Shown piece by piece: positions 58,924-64,000 of a DNA stretch of 64,000 nt (its first letter is position 1; each line of letters opens with the position of its first letter). The notes beneath the pieces are model-generated. The model saw only the letters and a list, made by a program, of their open reading frames with translations, ran no database searches and was not told where the DNA came from. The position numbers and the translations under genes are program-made. Source of the DNA: an uncultured Gammaproteobacteria bacterium (GTDB lineage: Bacteria; Pseudomonadota; Gammaproteobacteria; UBA9214); the NCBI GenBank assembly GCA_963748215.1, contig CAVVHS010000002.1:64001-128000 (forward strand), written 5' to 3'.

Positions 58924-59139
58924 GTACCGGCCAGGGCAGGCCGCCGATCCGGATCAGAGCGGGACGCGCAGTATGTCGCCGGCCCGGATCATGTCCGGGC
59001 TGGTGAGGTGCGGGTTAGTCTTGTAGATGCGCGGGTAGTTACAGACGCGCACGGCGATCGCCCACAGCGAGTCACCGTGACTGACATGCCTAGAATCAGG
59101 TCAGGGCATTCCTGGCGTAAAATAACGCAGTTATCGGGA

Positions 59140-60897
59140 TCAGGACGGCCTCACGGCAACGGCGGAGTCTGGCAGGAAAAATACATTATCGATTTCAAAA
59201 TCCGAACGCCATGCGGTTTCCGACGGATGGCCGAAGAAGTAGCCCTGCCCGAGTGTGAAACCGGCCTGGCGTACGGATTCCAGGGTATCCTCATCCTCGA
59301 TACCCTCTGCGATGAGGCGATGGCCGATCTCGCTTATCATTGCGACCAGGTGTTCGACAATGCGGCGCTGCGAGTCATCACCGAGACTCCTGATCAGGCT
59401 GATATCGAACTTCACCGTATCTACCGGCATGGTTGCGAGGTAGCGGAACGACGAATAACCGCTGCCGAAATCATCGAGCGCAATCTCGAAACCCTGGCCC
59501 CGCAGCTGTGACAGATTCTCGCTGGCAATCGCAACCTGGGTTATCAGCGACGTCTCGGTAACCTCCAGCACGATGCGATAATCGGTCAACATCGGCCGGA
59601 ATGGCGCAATCCATTCCGATAGATTCTTGTTGACGATGGTCGGACCGGACAGGTTGATAGCTACACCACTGCCTCGCTGCACCCTGCCTGAACGCAGGTC
59701 TTCCAGAACACGCTTCAGCACGGCCTGGTCAAGATCGACCTCCAGATGACGTGCCTCCACCAGCGGGAAGATAACTGCAGGCATGATCAATTCGTTATTG
59801 TGTCGTATCCGCACCAGCGCTTCATAATAGAGCGCCTGCCCGCTATTGAGATCCACGACAGGCTGGTAAAGCATGACAAGGCCGGTACCGAGCGTAATTG
59901 CCTCGTACACAGCAGTGTTGACGCGGCTGGAAAATATGCCTTCATAGTTTTTTGCCATATCATCGCGAAAGACCGATATGTTCGCATTGCCGGGCCGCTT
60001 GGCATTGTGCATGGCTATATCCGCACACCATTGCAGCGATGCCAGCGAATCCGGGTCATCGAATCTCGCACCCGCAATGCCCACGCTCACCTTGACGGGC
60101 TCATGCACACCCAGCACGGTGAAATCTTCCGTGCCGATCTCCCCCAGGCAACGTTCGGCAAAACGCAATGCACCGGGCTCGTCGATTTCCAGCATGATCA
60201 CTGCGAATTCGTCCCCGCCCACACGGAACAAATGCTCTCCGCGACGCAGCACCCCGCTTATGCGGCTGGCAATCAGCTTGAGTATTTCGTCACCGGTCTG
60301 GTGACCATAAGTGTCGTTAAAGGCCTTGAAATGATTGACGTCGAACAGTGCGAAACACACGCTGATACGCCGTTCACTGAGTACACCTGGCAATTCACGC
60401 AGGTACTCATCAAACGCCCCGCGGTTTCTGGCCCCGGTAAGTACATCGTGATTGATCAGCGTGCGCAGTTCCTTGCTGGCCTTTTCCAGGCTTCGGCGCG
60501 CCTCCATGTGGCTGCTGTGGTATTCATCCAGCGATGCGCGGATGTTGGTTGCCTCCGCGACCGGCAACACGCACGCCAGCCTATTCAGGGCAGTTTGATC
60601 GCCGCCACGAATGAGACGACTGATGTGCATCGATATGGACCGCAGCGGCTGGGCGGCGAGCAGCTTCAGGGTGGCAAACAACAAGAGGAGCACCAGACCG
60701 AACAGGATACCGAGGCTGCGTAATGCCGCGCGCTGCAGGCTCTCCATCCCTTCACCTGTCGGCACGAATCGCAGGCGTTCCAGTTCGCCGAAGACATGGT
60801 AGCCATACAGGGCAAAAGCGGCTGTGACCAGCACGGCCACGACTGCCCCGTAAAACAGGATCGACCTGGCCCTGGCCTTTTCGGGCATGGCAGCCAC
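59140..60897 (-). CDS. membrane-bound GGDEF/EAL protein
   Basis: Two TM helices, GGDEF, YEALVR, DDFGSG. Confidence 0.92.
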   Translation of the reverse strand: MAAMPEKARARSILFYGAVVAVLVTAAFALYGYHVFGELERLRFVPTGEGMESLQRAALRSLGILFGLVLLLLFATLKLLAAQPLRSISMHISRLIRGGDQTALNRLACVLPVAEATNIRASLDEYHSSHMEARRSLEKASKELRTLINHDVLTGARNRGAFDEYLRELPGVLSERRISVCFALFDVNHFKAFNDTYGHQTGDEILKLIASRISGVLRRGEHLFRVGGDEFAVIMLEIDEPGALRFAERCLGEIGTEDFTVLGVHEPVKVSVGIAGARFDDPDSLASLQWCADIAMHNAKRPGNANISVFRDDMAKNYEGIFSSRVNTAVYEAITLGTGLVMLYQPVVDLNSGQALYYEALVRIRHNNELIMPAVIFPLVEARHLEVDLDQAVLKRVLEDLRSGRVQRGSGVAINLSGPTIVNKNLSEWIAPFRPMLTDYRIVLEVTETSLITQVAIASENLSQLRGQGFEIALDDFGSGYSSFRYLATMPVDTVKFDISLIRSLGDDSQRRIVEHLVAMISEIGHRLIAEGIEDEDTLESVRQAGFTLGQGYFFGHPSETAWRSDFEIDNVFFLPDSAVAVRPS

Positions 60898-61198
60898 TAC
60901 CGCCCCCCCGACCGCACAGCAGAATCAGCCCCGGTTCCCGCCCGGTGCACGATCCCGGCGCGTATGCAGCACGTCGCGCGGCATGCTCCCGCGCCTTGGA
61001 ACGGGTCTGAAATGGAAATGAAAAAACCGATCATCGAACCGCCTTCCCTGGTCAGTCTTGATGAGTCATAAATCCGATACGCCGGTAGCGGCCATGGCAT
61101 CAATTACTTTAGAAATATCGGTCAGTTGCGTCCGATGACCGGCCGGCGTTCGACCGGTCCCGCGGCTAAAGCTTTTCCTGTTCCAGCCGCACTAGCGT

Positions 61199-63697
61199 GT
61201 GTTGCCCTGCAGAAAAACGCGTTCCGAACAGGATTCCAGCTTGCGCCTTCAAAACAAGATTCTGTTGCTGCTTGTCCCGCTGATAGTCCTGCCGCTGCTC
61301 GTGCTCGGCTGGTCTGCCTATGCGCTGCTCATGGAAGACGCGCGTGACCGCACCCAGCACCAGGTCACCACGCTGCTGGAACAGATCAGGTTCCATACCG
61401 AATCACTTCTGCAAACCGCGCGCGCGAATGCCAGCCTGTTCGCCAGTGCCGACCCCGTAACACAGTACATCCTCACACCACCCGATGAACCGAAAAAGCC
61501 CAGGCTCAAAAACGAGGTGCTGGATCTGCTGTTCAATTACCAGCTGGCCTACCCGGAATATTACGAGATACGGATTCTTTCAAGCGATGGCCAGGAAGAG
61601 CTGCGCTCCGTTATCGGCAATGTCGAAAACCTGTCTACCGATGAATCATCGACCGCCTATTTCAGGGGCACCAGTAATAAACCGGGCGTCATATACACGT
61701 CATTCTTCAACAATCCGGACAATAACAAGCCGGCATTGCTGACCAGCAAACCACTGACGGTTATCAGAAACAGCAGGGATGCGGAAAGCCACGTCGAGGT
61801 ACACGGTTACCTCATGCTGACCGTCGATCTCGGCATCATGGGCAGGCTGGCCCAGAGCGAAAAGGTCGGACAAAGCGGCCATGTGTTTTTCACCGACAGC
61901 AGGGGAAATATCCTGTTTCATCCAAAGGCTTCCGAAATCGGAAAACAGCTGCCTCCGGAGCTGTTCCTCAACATCAGCAAGGCGGCCGACAGGTTCACGC
62001 CGTTTGATTACAGCCATGATGGTGACATTTCCCATTACCAGGGGATCAAGCTGCATAACTGGTTGTATGCATTCGCCGTTTACGGTGAAGACGAATTCAT
62101 TGGCAAGAGCGTCAGCCTTGGCAGGCTGGTCACCATCATCACCTGTCTCGCCATCATCATCACTATCGCTTTCCTGCTCGGCATACTCAGGTCACTGCTC
62201 ATAAAGCCCATTCAGCAACTCAGTATTGCGGCACGCGAGATGGGCCATGGACAGGTGCTGGTACCGATCAATGTCGAATCCGATGACGAAATCGGTGACC
62301 TGGCAAACACGTTCAGGGAGATGGGAGAGAATCTCAATCACTACCACGAGCAGGTGCGCTACGTCGCCTACCATGACAGCCTGACCGGGCTGCCCAACCG
62401 GCTCATGTTCAAGGATTACCTGACACGCGCAACAGCAGAGGCACGCCGCAACTCCCAGGAACTCACCATCCTGTTCCTCGACCTGGATAACTTCAAGCGC
62501 ATCAATGACACGCTGGGGCACCAGGCCGGGGACAATCTGCTGGAAGCCTTCTCGGACCGGCTGTCAGGCTGCCTGCGCCAGACCGATGTCATTGCTCACT
62601 CGTCCCACGACACGTCAACCAGCGTAATGGCGCGACTCGCAGGCGACGAATTCATCATTCTGCTGCCCAGAACCACCGGCTCATCCCAGGCACAAAAAGT
62701 CGCTACCCGCGTCCTCGACTCCCTCAAGACGCCATTCAACATCGACAAGCAGGAATTGCATATCAGCTCCAGCATCGGCATCGCCCTGTACCCCGAAGAC
62801 GGGCAGAACGCGGATGACCTGATCAAGAACGCCGACATCGCCATGTATCATGCCAAGAAAGCGGGACGCAACAATTACCAGTTCTACTCCAGGAAGATGA
62901 ACGAGCGAGCATTGCTCAAGCTCAGGATCGAAAGCCGACTGCGCCATGCGGTGGAAAACAATGAACTGGAGATTCATTATCAGCCACAGGTCAGCCTGTC
63001 CACCGGCGTGATCACCGGGGCCGAGTCGCTGATCCGCTGGCGCGACGGCGAATCCGACATGATCCCGCCCGACGTATTTATCCCGATCGCGGAAGAATAC
63101 GGCCTGATCATTCCGATCAGCGAATGGCTGATCCACGAAGCCTGCCGCCAGGCCCAGGAATGGCTGGAAATGTACAACAACCCGATCACCATCGCGCTCA
63201 ATATATCTGCCATACATCTGAACGGGCGCGAACTCTCCAACCTGATATCGAAGACGCTGGATGCCACCGGCTACGATCCGCGCCTGCTGGAACTGGAACT
63301 TACGGAAACCAGCATTCTGAATGACCCCGAGCTCGCCATCGATACCCTCGGACAACTGCAGGCAATGGGGGTGCAGACCTCGCTGGACGATTTCGGTACG
63401 GGCTATTCCTCGCTCAATTACCTGATGCGCCTGCCCCTGAACAAGCTGAAGATCGATCGCAGTTTCATCCAGAATCTTGACAAGGATACGCGCGGCAAGG
63501 CCATCGTCTCCGCAATCATCGCGATGGCGCACAGTCTGGACCTGGAAGTCATCGCCGAGGGTATCGAGGAGGTCGGGCACCTCGAGTTGTTACGCAAGAT
63601 GCAGTGCGACATCGTGCAGGGTTATTACATCGCCCGCCCCATGCCTCCCCTGGAATTCGAAAAGATACTTGCGACCAGTATCAAGCTCATTGCCTGA
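61199..63697 (+). CDS. sensor (Cache-like)/HAMP/GGDEF/EAL protein (start uncertain)
   Basis: TM-periplasmic-TM, DDEIGDLA HAMP, AGDEF, ESLIRW, DDFGTG. Confidence 0.92.
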   Translation: MLPCRKTRSEQDSSLRLQNKILLLLVPLIVLPLLVLGWSAYALLMEDARDRTQHQVTTLLEQIRFHTESLLQTARANASLFASADPVTQYILTPPDEPKKPRLKNEVLDLLFNYQLAYPEYYEIRILSSDGQEELRSVIGNVENLSTDESSTAYFRGTSNKPGVIYTSFFNNPDNNKPALLTSKPLTVIRNSRDAESHVEVHGYLMLTVDLGIMGRLAQSEKVGQSGHVFFTDSRGNILFHPKASEIGKQLPPELFLNISKAADRFTPFDYSHDGDISHYQGIKLHNWLYAFAVYGEDEFIGKSVSLGRLVTIITCLAIIITIAFLLGILRSLLIKPIQQLSIAAREMGHGQVLVPINVESDDEIGDLANTFREMGENLNHYHEQVRYVAYHDSLTGLPNRLMFKDYLTRATAEARRNSQELTILFLDLDNFKRINDTLGHQAGDNLLEAFSDRLSGCLRQTDVIAHSSHDTSTSVMARLAGDEFIILLPRTTGSSQAQKVATRVLDSLKTPFNIDKQELHISSSIGIALYPEDGQNADDLIKNADIAMYHAKKAGRNNYQFYSRKMNERALLKLRIESRLRHAVENNELEIHYQPQVSLSTGVITGAESLIRWRDGESDMIPPDVFIPIAEEYGLIIPISEWLIHEACRQAQEWLEMYNNPITIALNISAIHLNGRELSNLISKTLDATGYDPRLLELELTETSILNDPELAIDTLGQLQAMGVQTSLDDFGTGYSSLNYLMRLPLNKLKIDRSFIQNLDKDTRGKAIVSAIIAMAHSLDLEVIAEGIEEVGHLELLRKMQCDIVQGYYIARPMPPLEFEKILATSIKLIA

Positions 63698-63839
63698 CAC
63701 GGGCCATGACACGCATGCGTCACGCAAACGCCCGTTGACATCAGGCAGCCACGGATTCCACGTGGGCCGCACACCTGATTGCCAGGGCAAGCCCGACACC
63801 CGGCCAGAATCACGCCGCCGACATGCAGTTGCCGAGTAT

Positions 63840-64000
63840 TCATGAGCGTGACAGCAGCATAAGCCACAGCACATTCAGCAGAAACAGCAACAGCGCAATC
63901 CCCTTCCAAACCAGTAACGGATTACGATCGATTAGCGGCTCCATGCTGCGCGTGACAAACTCGGGGTTCGGATGCGACAGGTCATGTATGAATTCCGACG
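63840..64000 (-). CDS. 3' end of a gene, resembling bifunctional Ser/Thr kinase-phosphatase C-terminus
   Basis: SEFIHDLSHPNPEF..PLIDRNPLLVWKGIALLLFLLN..*. Confidence 0.55.
   Translation of the reverse strand, partial: SEFIHDLSHPNPEFVTRSMEPLIDRNPLLVWKGIALLLFLLNVLWLMLLSRS

Overview
GC-rich gammaproteobacterial chromosome segment. Housekeeping-type loci are argS-SPOR, speA/speE, fetAB, torF-glnK-amt-glnK-amtB, ubiK, comM, a LysR-DoxX-azoreductase-pirin cluster and two GGDEF/EAL genes. The dominant feature is an approximately 22 kb lower-GC integron (about 12.4-34.3 kb). It has an intI gene broken by one nonsense codon, an attI and about 34 minus-strand cassettes delimited by attC sites read by eye. 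Six cassettes are toxin-antitoxin (TA) pairs, five of which share one attC family, and the attC sites decay toward the distal end. An IS110/IS1111-type element (19590-21169) sits exactly in an attC GTT|AGCC core. Its 3' non-coding end folds into a structured RNA whose loops match the attC core and the IS circle junction, making it a candidate attC-programmed bridge/seek RNA. Also present are a signal-peptide RHS toxin with a TSP3-like plus dockerin insert inside the RHS core, a RAYT with REPs, several intergenic repeat mosaics and a structured non-coding element. Clustered single-base indels (second amt/glnK copy, RHS locus) may be assembly errors. All calls come from reading the sequence; no database search was run.
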